Below, one piece after another: positions 20,662-31,693 of a DNA stretch of 64,000 nucleotides. Both the position numbers and the translations under genes were made by a program. Each line of letters begins with the position of its first letter. The first letter of the stretch is position 1. This stretch comes from a virus. Taxonomy: Duplodnaviria; Heunggongvirae; Uroviricota; Caudoviricetes. The stretch is taken from the IMG/VR virus record IMGVR_UViG_3300023371_000069. One strand, 5' to 3'. The notes below the pieces were generated by a model. The model was not told where the DNA came from. It did no database searches and saw nothing but the letters and a program-made list of their open reading frames with translations.

Positions 20662-22179
20662 TTAAGCATTAATTTTAATTTCACCCCAAGTAATAGCTTC
20701 TTGAATTTCTTTTACCTGAGTGTGAAGTGTCTTTTGATTTTGTTGTAATTCTTCAAGGTTACCAACTGTAGCTTGGAAAATTTCAGTAGTAACATATTTA
20801 GTTAAATCAATTGCATTTACCTTAGTTTTTAAATCACTAACATCTTTTTGCAATAAAGTAATAGCATTACCCTACGTTGCTACCGTACCTTCTAAGGTTA
20901 AAATTTTTCCTGCATTAGTTGAAATATTATCAGTGTTAGTTTGAACAGCAACACTTAAATTATTTACTTTAGTAATCAAACCAGGAGTAACAATACCATC
21001 AATCTCTGTATCATTCAATACATTTTCAATGGTAATAATTTTATTACCTTGAGTTTGAATATTAGCAGTATTACCTTGAATAATTTGAATATGTTCATCT
21101 GTGAAATCATTAGAAGATAATCCTTTACCCTCTTCTTTATTTACCTTCGCGTCCAAAAGTGATTGTAAATTTTGAACTTGTGCAACAGTAATTCCTTGCA
21201 ATAAAAGCTTACCAGCTTCAACTGCAAAATTTGTAGAATCAACAGATGTAATATAATTCTTTTGCGCGCCTTCCTAAATGCCTTCTAATTTAGCTTTCTC
21301 TTCATCAGAAATTAAAGAATAGCCTTCTTCAGCATCAACTTTCTTATTAAGTTCGGTTTGTAGCGCATTTTTAGTAACATAATTACTTAAATCAACTTCC
21401 CAAGAACCAACTTTTTCAGCATAACGAACTTCTGTACCAGTTTCATCCTCATAGATAATAACCATGTATTCATCATACTTGTCAGCTTCATCCTCAGGAG
21501 AAGTTAATACCATATAAATATATTGGTCAGCATCTGCGGCATTAACATTAATATCATCCACAGAATTAACGATAATTCGCTTTAAATGACCAGCATCCGC
21601 AATCTTCTCATCAACTTCAGTTTTAGTATAAGTATTCTTTTGTAAATCGCTTACAGAAGTTTGTAAAGAAGATAACTAACTGCCTAAACCTTCAATGGTA
21701 GTTGGGTTTGGTTGATACCAAGCTAATACCATTTGTCCATTTTCGCTGGCGACTTTTGGCTCTAAACCACTAATCCAAGGATTCTCATCGTCAACGACTT
21801 GAAGGACATATTCAGCTTCAGTAGTTTCAGTTGCGGCAACATATTTATAATATTGCACACCCCAGTTCTTTAAGGCAATAATTTCATTGCTAATAACAAT
21901 AGAAGAATTATCTCCTTTTAAAGATGGAATATCAACAGATGCTCCAATCTCTTGGAGTTCACCTGCGGTATTTAGAATGATATACGCAGTAGCGGTGCCT
22001 GCGGCCTCGTCTACTAAACCTAGAATCTGACCTACATATGCGACAGGGTCGGTTTGCGCATATAATTCCATTGCATCATAAGAGTACCAAATTTCACTTT
22101 TATCAAGAGGAATTGGATTACCTCTCGCAACATTCATAGGAAGGCCCATGAAGTTGCCGTCTTTTTTAATTACAGCCAT
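20662..22179 (-). CDS. Tail fibre-associated coiled-coil protein (505 aa with TAG=Gln)
   Basis: Joins four ORF fragments through TAGs at 21676, 21274 and 20872, TAA at 20662. Phage fibre-type motifs YTKTEVDEKI, KVNKEEGKGLSSNDFT, KLEGI(Q)EGAQKN. Confidence 0.8.
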
Positions 22180-22193
22180 ATCTCAGGTCCTCC

Positions 22194-23675
22194 TTATCCA
22201 ATTGTAACACTATGCACTTCTGTACTTGCAATAGAAGCAGGTGCATAAATCCAAATATTATAATCGACTGCAGTATATCCATTTGCACCTTCAACCTCAA
22301 CAGTTGCGGTTTGTTTTACATAATCTGCAGTAGCATCTGCATTCATACTTGAAGTAATAATTGCAGATGTAACGCTCTTACCACCGCTCACAGGAAGCGC
22401 AATAATATAACGCTTCATACCAGCTAAATCACTTGCGGCCCAAGTAATAGTTCTATTAGAAGCGCCGTTGCCTTTTCCAGCTAAATTGTCTCGGATAAAA
22501 GCAGAAGTTAATTCACTTCCAGTAGAATCTCCACCAGCGAAACATTGTCTATATCCAGTAATGGATTTAGAAGTTTTAGAACTGGTGGTTCCAGCTTTAA
22601 TTTGTCCATCAGCATATTCCTTGCCTAAATTGGTAGAAGGAATAATACCATCTGAATAAGTAGCTGTTGCAGTCATTTTATAATTCATATTATCAATAAC
22701 TTGAATTTCTTCCATTGTACCACTTTGAGTAGTACGAGTGGTTGTTCCATCACTAACATTCCATCCAGTAGCAGTAACACCAGTGCTTGTATTATAAGTA
22801 TAAGAGCCGCTATTGAAACTTAATGCATATTCTGGAGTTACTTTAGTTCCAACTTCATAAGAAGCATCACTAGAAGGTTTAGTGAAAGCAATAGAGGGTT
22901 TTGTCGTAGTAGGATTTTGTTCTTCTGCAAAAATACTTGCTAAGAAATCCTTAATATTCATTCCTGCGGCATCCACTACTTTACTACCAGTAGAAGGAAT
23001 AGTGACTGTACCAACTGGAGTTGTAAATGTGAAATCAGAATCAAAATACACATTTTCAGCATTATAGTTTCCATCCATGGCTGCCCATGTAGAACCATTA
23101 TATACATAAGAAGTATATTGCCATTTATCATTGATAATAATATCTTTAATAATGATAATATCACCAGCACATGGCAACCATCCTTGTGTGGTTTGGTCAA
23201 TTAACTCTTGATGCATGACTTCACTATCTTCATTTTCAATAGTGATAATAGTTGCTTCTGAACTGTCAATAGATACCCAAGTGCCGTCACTACGTAAAAA
23301 CTTATTGGTTTCTCCATATCCAGGAGCAGGAACAAGTCCAGCTGTACCTGCGGCATCTTTACTAGCACCGATAAAAACAGAAATAGCTTGTTCTAATGTA
23401 GAATCAACCCATTTACCAGAAGCAGTATCATATACTAAAATAGACTTATCAGCTAAATCTGTACTTAAAGCAATATCAGTTAATTCACTTAAACTAATTT
23501 TACCTGCGGCTCCCCCTCCGCCCGCAATTAGCTTTTCACCCAAATATAAAACCGCATTAGTTGAATCTGCTTCGGAAATAAAATACAGAGTATCAACATT
23601 TGGTTTCTCTGGACTGGCTAAAAGCATTTCATAGGCTTTTGGAGTACCACGCATAAATTTTACATAATTTGCCAA
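22194..23675 (-). CDS. Tail-associated structural protein (493 aa, TAG-free)
   Basis: TTG start with SD, TAA stop. N-terminal YVKFMRGT...TLYFISE motif and a Thr/Ser-rich beta C-terminus. Confidence 0.7.
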   Translation of the reverse strand: MANYVKFMRGTPKAYEMLLASPEKPNVDTLYFISEADSTNAVLYLGEKLIAGGGGAAGKISLSELTDIALSTDLADKSILVYDTASGKWVDSTLEQAISVFIGASKDAAGTAGLVPAPGYGETNKFLRSDGTWVSIDSSEATIITIENEDSEVMHQELIDQTTQGWLPCAGDIIIIKDIIINDKWQYTSYVYNGSTWAAMDGNYNAENVYFDSDFTFTTPVGTVTIPSTGSKVVDAAGMNIKDFLASIFAEEQNPTTTKPSIAFTKPSSDASYEVGTKVTPEYALSFNSGSYTYNTSTGVTATGWNVSDGTTTRTTQSGTMEEIQVIDNMNYKMTATATYSDGIIPSTNLGKEYADGQIKAGTTSSKTSKSITGYRQCFAGGDSTGSELTSAFIRDNLAGKGNGASNRTITWAASDLAGMKRYIIALPVSGGKSVTSAIITSSMNADATADYVKQTATVEVEGANGYTAVDYNIWIYAPASIASTEVHSVTIG

Positions 23676-23740
23676 AATATTCTCTCCTTTCTTAAAAGTA
23701 TATTATATCTTAATTTCTTAAAAGAAAGAAATTACGCATA

Positions 23741-24928
23741 TTAGCTTCTCTTTGGAGGCTCATAATCGGTAAACTTACCATCTAAATAATCTTCAATAGC
23801 AATAATACGAGAATAGAAGTTACGCATTTCATTATCTAAATCAGTATTATTAGAAGATAATTTTTCAAGTACTGCAGAAAGAGCTCCTGATAAAGATTGA
23901 TAATTTTGAGTTGTTCCTGTAAAAGCCTTAACCCAAGCATTAAAAGAATCTTCTTTTGCGGCTTGGTCTCCTCTACCAAACTCAGCATCAGTACCAACCA
24001 TTTCATTTGCTCTTTGTACATCTTTTATAGCATCTTCTAAATCTTCAGTTAAAGTCTCAATATCTCCTGCCATATTTTCAAGGTCGCCTTGAATTTCAGC
24101 AACAGTATTTTCTAATACTTCAATACGAGAATCAACTTCACTAATTGGTAATTGATAATAAATTTTTTCTAATGTAGTTAAATGACCCGCTTTATCGTAA
24201 ACCGTATGATAAGTTGAAATAAAATCACCAGGTTGCAATACAATTTCAACTTCATATTGAGTACCATCTTTACTACCTTCGTATAAAAATGGAGTAAAGT
24301 CAGGCTCTTCGTTGTCATTGAAGTTTGTTTTATGCTAAAAAGTTAATTTATTTTTTGCGTCATTTAATAATAGTTCAATTAAACCATCTGTGTTCGCAAA
24401 ATGGAATTTCTTTTCAGCTGTTAGAACTAAGTCATTACCAGATTGATTAATTTGAATCAATTGCTCTGGCATTTTAAAATAGGTTGGCTCTATATGGTCC
24501 TCACCTACGAAATGTCCTGCCTAATCAAAGGCAGGACAAGCAATCTTAAAGCATTCTCCACTCTCAAGGGTTTCAATTGTTGCGCCTTGAGGTGGAACTG
24601 TTATTTCAAAAATTGGGAGAGTATAGGTGTTTTCCAAGCTTGGTTTATTATGAAAAATTGAAAAACCAACATAAGTTGTTTTTTCATCCCCCTAAGAATC
24701 AATTGGCGCAAATTTAATCCAATGATTTGCTGCATTAAATCTAAATGTGGCAAAATCTTCATTGGGTTGAATATATGCCTTCATAGTCGAATCAATTGTC
24801 ATTTGATTTTCATATGGAGGGGAAGTGTTAAAAATATTATCAATTGAGAAATGTTTATTCTCAAGAGTGAAATTTAAGAAGAACTATTGAAAATCTTGCC
24901 ATCGCATCTAACCATAAAAGCTGCTCAT
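23741..24928 (-). CDS. Hypothetical tail-region protein (395 aa with TAG=Gln)
   Basis: The ATG at 24928 overlaps the upstream TGA (ATGA). MSSFYG(Q)MRW start, TAGs at 24908, 24884, 24692, 24521 and 24335, in frame with ORF 23741..24238. Confidence 0.8.
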
Positions 24929-25260
24929 TCGATAGTACCTCCTTCATATATAATATCAATAATAATTCCATTATCTTCATTTACTAATGCTAGTGTATCA
25001 TCACTAAACATAATGCTTGTAATATAACCATAACCAGTAACATCTATCTCGTAGATGCCAGTTTTTCCAATTTGAATTGGATTATCACAACGATTCAAAA
25101 AAAATGTAGTCCCTGGAGAAGCTTGTAAACCCAAATGAGTAATGGAACCCTTACTGGTTTGATTAAAAATTTCACCATTGGTTAATTGTACTGCATTTAG
25201 AGTTTTCGGATAATTCTTATCAGAATTACCATAATAACGATATTGATATATCTTTTTCAT
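24925..25260 (-). CDS. Small tail-region protein (111 aa)
   Basis: MKKIYQYRYYG start after the SD GAGGAG, TGA stop. Confidence 0.7.
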   Translation of the reverse strand: MKKIYQYRYYGNSDKNYPKTLNAVQLTNGEIFNQTSKGSITHLGLQASPGTTFFLNRCDNPIQIGKTGIYEIDVTGYGYITSIMFSDDTLALVNEDNGIIIDIIYEGGTIE

Positions 25261-25275
25261 CAAACCTCTCCTCTC

Positions 25276-27918
25276 TTAAAAGAATAGTGTCTATGCAGCT
25301 TTCGTTGTAGTTAACTACATAGTTCCGTTATGTGCTAAAGGAATTGTAAGTTTACTTACAATGTATTCTCCATCAATTTTAGTTTTTTCATCAGATACTT
25401 TAATACGAGTGTTTGGTTGTAAATAATATACTGGAATTGTTGTAATAGTTGCACTTTCTGTACAATAACCATGATTGTAAAGAAGTTCATCTAAGCGCTC
25501 TTTTGCGGATTTACCTTGCGCACTAATACTAAACATTTTATCCATTTCAAATTCTGGAATTTGAATATATTTATAACCACTCATTTTTTCGTCATCAGTA
25601 ATATCTGGTGCGAAAATAACTGGTGGAGTTTCCCTAAAATAAATGGATTTTACGGTATTTTCATTAATAGCTTTCGTCCGTGCTCCAATAGCTCGTACGC
25701 TATATTGGCTTAGCTCTCCTGCGGTATCTAAAAAGTCAAACCAATAATTTAAATTGCCAGGATTCTCAAAAACATTTTTATGCCAATGTAGACGAGATTT
25801 ATCATAATATGCAATTATTACATAATCATCAAAACTATTAATAACAGAAAAATAACTATCATCTTCTTTAAAGTAAAGGATATCACTAACTTTAATAGCA
25901 ATTGGTTCACCGGTTTTCTCATCTAAAAGTTCATCAATTAAATTTTTTGGAACTCTAAATCTATCTAAAATATCAATAGTAATCTAACTGTCAGATAAGG
26001 GGAATTGAGTAGTAAATAAATTTACATCTAATTCTATTAATTCTTGAGCTTGATAATAATTTAAAATATCTTCATTATAAGAATCTAAGCTTTCCTATTT
26101 TTGTTCGATAAGATATTCTTTTTGAGATTTTAATGCTTTTTTATCAGTGCGAGATTGTTGCTCTGATAAAATTGATAAAACAATACTATCAATTGAACTC
26201 TGAGTTGTAGCAGTATTTAATTGATTATTCAACTCAATAATTCTATTCTCAATATCTTTAATTTCTTTATCTAATTGAGTCACTTCATTCGTTAATGCCG
26301 CAACTTCTTCTGTATAATCCGCAATTTTATTTCGTAATTCAGGATTATATAGCTAACGCCAGCAAACTTGAATATCAGTATAATATTGTTCATAGCCTGT
26401 GCGGCCAGAGGGATAGAGCGTTGGATTAGCTTCGCGCACACGAATTTCAAAATCACTTAAAGTATTATATCTAAAATAATCTTTTGCCATTTGGAACAAT
26501 ACTTCTCGCCAATCGGTTACATAAACATAATTCTTAGCTCTACTTATATTTGGGTGAATAGAATAAGTAATTGAAGTAGGATTATTATTTAAATTAGTTC
26601 CATATTTTAAATTATATTCATCCACTTCATTCTTATCAAAATCAGTTAAAGAAATAGTTGTATAAGCAGTTGGTTTTTCATCAATGGCATATCTTAAATG
26701 AATGGGAATCTGCGCGCCGCTAATGCCTGTGCGCTCACCCCAAATTGAAAAATCATTTCTTAAATTCAAAAGATTAGGATTATTATTAAAACCAGTGATT
26801 AATTCGCTGCCACTAAAAGTATATGCGGCTGCATCACTCCATAACAAACCTTCTGTGATTCCCTCTTCTCCATCACCACTTGGAGACCATAGAGTCTGAG
26901 TATAAGATTGTTTCTTCTGGAATATAAAACGTCCATCAACATCATAAAAATATTCAAATTCAACAAGCATATTTTTAATTTTATCAAGAACTGAAGTAAT
27001 TGATTCACCTACGTTTGCAATCAAGTCTCCAGCATATGTTAATTCAGTTGTTCGATAACCTGCGGTATCTCCGTATTGAAGCTTAGTTAATTTATAACCA
27101 ACTTTATCATCATCATAATATACAATAGGGTCACTTGTATGAATACCATCAATTAATTGTTCAAAATGTGTATCGGGAATATCTTTTAAATATACTCGTC
27201 TATCTACATTTCCGACATCATTTTTATTAGCATATAAATACATATCACTATCTAAAAAAGCAATATTTGTATATGTATTACTTTCAGCTTTACGATACAT
27301 AACTAAAGGCATATTTTCATATCGATATTCTAAAAGCTCTAAGCCTAAAGTATCCAAATCTTTAATAATAATATTATGATAAGGCTCTCCGCCATATGCA
27401 TGAACCATATTACGGATAATTTCAGGAATAGGAATTTGTCTAATAGTCCAAGTTCCTTCATTATCTTCTTCTTCAATTGTACCAAAATCTGTTTGTACTC
27501 CAATAGTACCACTTACTTCTCCATTCAAAAGACACATCTTATCTTTTCCTTGAATAGTAATAGTAAAGTTATTGGTAGTTCTAGATGTATTAAAAGATGT
27601 TATGATATAAATTCCCTGGTTAAACCAAATAATCTTGGGAAAATTATCATTTATATCATTTTGTAAACCAACTTCTAACTTAAATTTTGTATTCATTCCC
27701 CATAAATAATCTGAATAATCAAAATTCTCTGCTACAATTGATAAAGAACAAGAACGACGAACCGCAGAAGCTCCATCTAAGTTGATGGAGCCCTGGGTTA
27801 CACGACCTTCAATGCTTTCAATGGGGGACTCCTCTACTGTTAATGCAGTAACTTTTGCATAGACAATTTTATTTTTTGTTTTGTCTAATTCTTTCAAAAA
27901 TTCTTTATCATAAAGCAT
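25276..27918 (-). CDS. Putative baseplate hub/Tal-like tail tip protein (880 aa with TAG=Gln)
   Basis: MLYDKEFL start overlapping the upstream gene. TAGs at 26353, 26095, 25984, 25315 and 25291, TAA at 25276. Motifs VRRSCSLSIV, IQGKDKMCLLNG, FEYFYDVDGRFIFQKK, YYLQPNTRIKV. Function inferred from motifs and position. Confidence 0.7.
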
Positions 27919-30868
27919 AATAAGTCTCACCATCCATTTGCAACTTATTTAGAATATATTCTAACTGATTTAAATACTAATGATAACTTTGTTCCATATT
28001 CATACGAGCGCGTTCGACATCAGCACTAAATCTACTATATCCAGCTTTTAACATACTCTTATATTGACGTTGCTGATTTTGCCAAGTATTATATCTATCA
28101 ACCAATTCACTATATTGAATATTATCTTCAGCTTCATAATGAATTGTATTTAAATTATAACAAATTTCACATACAACTCCTGAGCCAATATATAAACTTT
28201 CTACTTTATCCAAATCAAAATAAAGTTCATATCGTCCAGTAGTAATAGGAGCATTACCTCCGCTACCGCCCTTTAAACTTAAATCCACAAACTCTTCTTG
28301 AGCAGGGTCAATACCATTATTGGGTTTTGCATTTAATTTAATGAGATAACTTGGCTCTGGTAATAAGATATTATTTGAAGGACGTCCACTATATTGATTC
28401 GTAGGTTCCCAAGTGCCATCACTTTCTTCGAAAACTTTATAAATATAAGTATCATCCCATTGACGAACCTCATAATCACATTTTGAAGTTTCATAATATT
28501 TATTTTCTTTTTTATAAACGAAAGTAATCTCTCTGGGTTCAGCTTTTAAGTAATAAAATTTACCAAGAGTACAACGAGGAATTTCATCTTCGCCATAAAC
28601 CTTTTGTAAATCTGTAGCCAAGTCTCTATATCCAATGCCATTTAAAATAGTTGGAACATAATTAATTTTAAAACTATCTATACGGTAAGAAGTTTGCGGA
28701 TGACCGATAATTTGGTCTACTACTGTTTCTCTTGTAACACTTGCAATCAAAGAGAAAGCAATATCTGATGTATCATAATATCCATAAAGAATTTTACTAC
28801 CAACATCTGGCGCACCTTCTTGATAAGTTACTGAAACAATTGGGTTATTTTTTAATGCTTCTCTGTCAAACAAATATTGTCCAGTAGAGTTACCAACATC
28901 AATAACTTGTGATGTACCATTTACATAAGTAATTCTCAATGCCAAATAACTCCATTGGTCTATTACTGCAAAGTAATAAGCACCACCCTCAATAATAATT
29001 TGTCTATTATGAATGTCAGCAAAAGTATTATTGCAATCAAGCATTTTAAATTTCAATTCCTAATAACTAGTATCGAGAGCATGAATAAATTTATATTTTT
29101 CCAAATTTTCATAATTACATTCCGCAATTTCATATGCAGTACATTGGAAAGTATGTAATAATCGTCCAAGCTAATCATTTGGAGTTAATGATGTATTCAT
29201 TAAACGAACAATAAAATTACCTTCACTTGGAGAACGGAATAGCTTTGGTTGTCCATTTGTTAACCAATCCAACACTTCCATTTTAAATTCACGCTCTTTG
29301 CGGAAGTTGCTAGCGGTTAATGCTGTGGGAGAACCACTTAACTCTTTTTCTTGGGTCTTACGAACTTCATACTCCGTCATACCAGTTCGGCTGACCCACC
29401 AATCCGCATTATCATTACCATATGGCGGATGTGTACTGTACTGACGAGCTTTTGGATTCTCTTTGGAATACTCCATAAATAAAGCATTTTCATCGCTAAT
29501 CATTGTAATTAAACCAGAAATTGGGAATTCTTTATATTCAACATTTCCGTTACGGAAAATAAAAGGATATTTACCTCCAATAGTATCCATTTTAGTTTCA
29601 AGCACAGTTGATTTAAAAGAACTAATTTTTGGATTATATCTAATTCTCAATTGGCGTTTTCCATCATAAAGAAAAGCATCTTCAAAATCTACTGGCAATC
29701 CGCTTTGAGTTGGAGACCCATCAATTTCTTGTAAATAATTCCAATTTAAGTTAGTATTTTCAATAGGGTCTTTTGCTTCTGCGTTCCAATTCTAACGGTT
29801 AATGTCATCATTGCGCTCATCAAATTCACTAGCATAATATTTACATTCTAATCGATTAGAATAAACACCTTTAGAATTATAGGCTTGTACAGCATATTTA
29901 TATGAATATCCTTGTTGCACCGTAAAATCTTTCCACAGTGTCATTAAAGGATAGTTATTAATCAAAGTGAAACGATAAATTTCATTCCAGCTACCAAATC
30001 CATCTTCACTGGATGCTCTAACTAAAATAAAATTACCAGTAATTGCTTTAATATTTGCATCAATATCTTTTGGCATAATATGAACATGAATATAAGCATC
30101 ATCACTATATAATGTTGCAATAAATTCTGTGTTTCTAGAAACTAAATCTAAAGTTTCAACTGCCATTATTCCATAAGCTGGAGTTTCCATCACTAAACCA
30201 TTAATAGTAGTGATTTTATAACATATAGAATATTGACGCTCATTAATTAAAGTTTTATAAGATGTCCAAGTGTCAAAAGATTTTCCTCGTTCAACATCTG
30301 TGCTACTATTATGAATCATAACTCCGCTTGTGTCATGCAAAATACCAGTTTCACAATCATAAATATTAAATTCATATGAGTATACTTTTTCAGTAACATC
30401 AGTAGTTGAAAATGTACCTGTATAAACATATTGAGCAGCATTTGTTCCACTTGCTAAATCGGCAATACCTATAACAGGAATTGCAGTAAATTTTACAATA
30501 GTCACATCTGAAAAATATCCAATAGTATCATCAGAATCTATGAAAGCGATTTGAGCTTTATAAAACTATCCTGCAACAGGATTAAAAGTAGTTTTAGGAA
30601 TTTCAAATTCTGCGGCAGGTGTTCCAGTAGGTTCATAATGAGTTAAAACGTTTCCTTTATAACAATCTAATAAAACTTTTCCTGTTGATACCGTTTTCAA
30701 AATCAAAGCGATATTATTTTTTGATTTTAAATCTACCCAACTTACTGCCTTATTTAATTGAAATGGAATAGTAAGTGTTACAGTTGTTTCTGATGTACTT
30801 TCATCGGGAACCAACTGCGCAGGAACTGCGGCATCCACATAAGGAGGGTATAACTTAGTAGTTGACAT
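27908..30868 (-). CDS. Putative distal-tail (Dit-like)/baseplate protein with an FN3-like segment (986 aa with TAG=Gln)
   Basis: Joins four ORF fragments through TAGs at 30566, 29792, 29171, 29060 and 27977, TGA at 27908. Motifs YKYAVQAYNSKG, RYNPKISSFK...KEFPISGLI, PND(Q)LGRLLHTFQCTAYE. Confidence 0.7.
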
Positions 30869-30896
30869 CATTAATCTCCTTTCTCTCTGCAATAAG

Positions 30897-30926
30897 TTAG
30901 GCCAGGTAAGAATTTACCTGGCCTAA
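30897..30926. other. 13-bp perfect intergenic stem-loop (possible weak terminator or processing site)
   Basis: ttaggccaggtaa-gaat-ttacctggcctaa with no clear T tract. Confidence 0.6.
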
Positions 30927-30932
30927 TATTTA

Positions 30933-31301
30933 TTAGTCAATCATAAACATTAAAGCTTCCATTTGAGCAGTGGTTAGATTAATATCTTCGGGGAAAGAAT
31001 CAATGCTTACCTTACGAATATCAACTTCCTGCTCAATATTAAACAGGTCCATCAACTCTGCGTTAGCAGCTTCAATCTTATCTTCTGGTACAATAAACTG
31101 ATTGGATTCTTCATCCATAGTACCATAATTCTTAACAATCTCAATACGAGAATTATCAATATCTTGTGCTAAAGACATTAAAGTAGCTTTATTCTTCTGA
31201 ATGAAAAAATTTACTTTAACGGGTAGATACTGAGTGCCATCCTGGAAGGCGTCACTCATAGCTTTAGCGATATTGTAAATTTCAAAGTTTGTCATAGTCA
31301 T
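30933..31301 (-). CDS. Small acidic protein (122 aa), paralog of 31316-31684
   Basis: Intact ORF with a TAA stop. Aligns end to end with the neighbouring gene. Confidence 0.8.
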   Translation of the reverse strand: MTMTNFEIYNIAKAMSDAFQDGTQYLPVKVNFFIQKNKATLMSLAQDIDNSRIEIVKNYGTMDEESNQFIVPEDKIEAANAELMDLFNIEQEVDIRKVSIDSFPEDINLTTAQMEALMFMID

Positions 31302-31315
31302 AACCTTTTTCTCCT

Positions 31316-31684
31316 TTATTTATTTTCATCAATCATAATCCATAATAATTTCATATGCTTTGGATTAAGATTGATATTATCAAACCATGAAAGAGGAATT
31401 AAAAAAAAATTAATTTCCTATTCCATTTTTAAAACTTCTTCTAATTCCTTATTAGCTTCATTTACTAATTCTGGAGGAATTTGAATAGTATCTTTTGATT
31501 CATCAATTAAACCATATTTACGAATAATACTATTTCTAGTATTTTCAATATGATGTAATGATATTTCAATTAATGATAAATTTTTATAAATATAAAACAA
31601 AATTTTTGCTGGTAATAATTCATCAAATTCTTGAAAATTTTGTTTATATAATTCATTAAAATTTAAAATTTCTAAATTTGTCAT
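31316..31684 (-). CDS. Small protein (122 aa with TAG=Gln), paralog of 30933-31301
   Basis: Reading through the TAG at 31418 gives 122 aa, the same length as the paralog. ME(TAG)EI aligns with IEQEV. Confidence 0.8.
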
Positions 31685-31693
31685 AAATCCTCC

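Noticed and set aside
23702-23730. TATAAT upstream of the 23675 gene
   Set aside because: The -35 position reads TTCTTT and there is no extended -10 TG, so it is too weak to call in AT-rich DNA.
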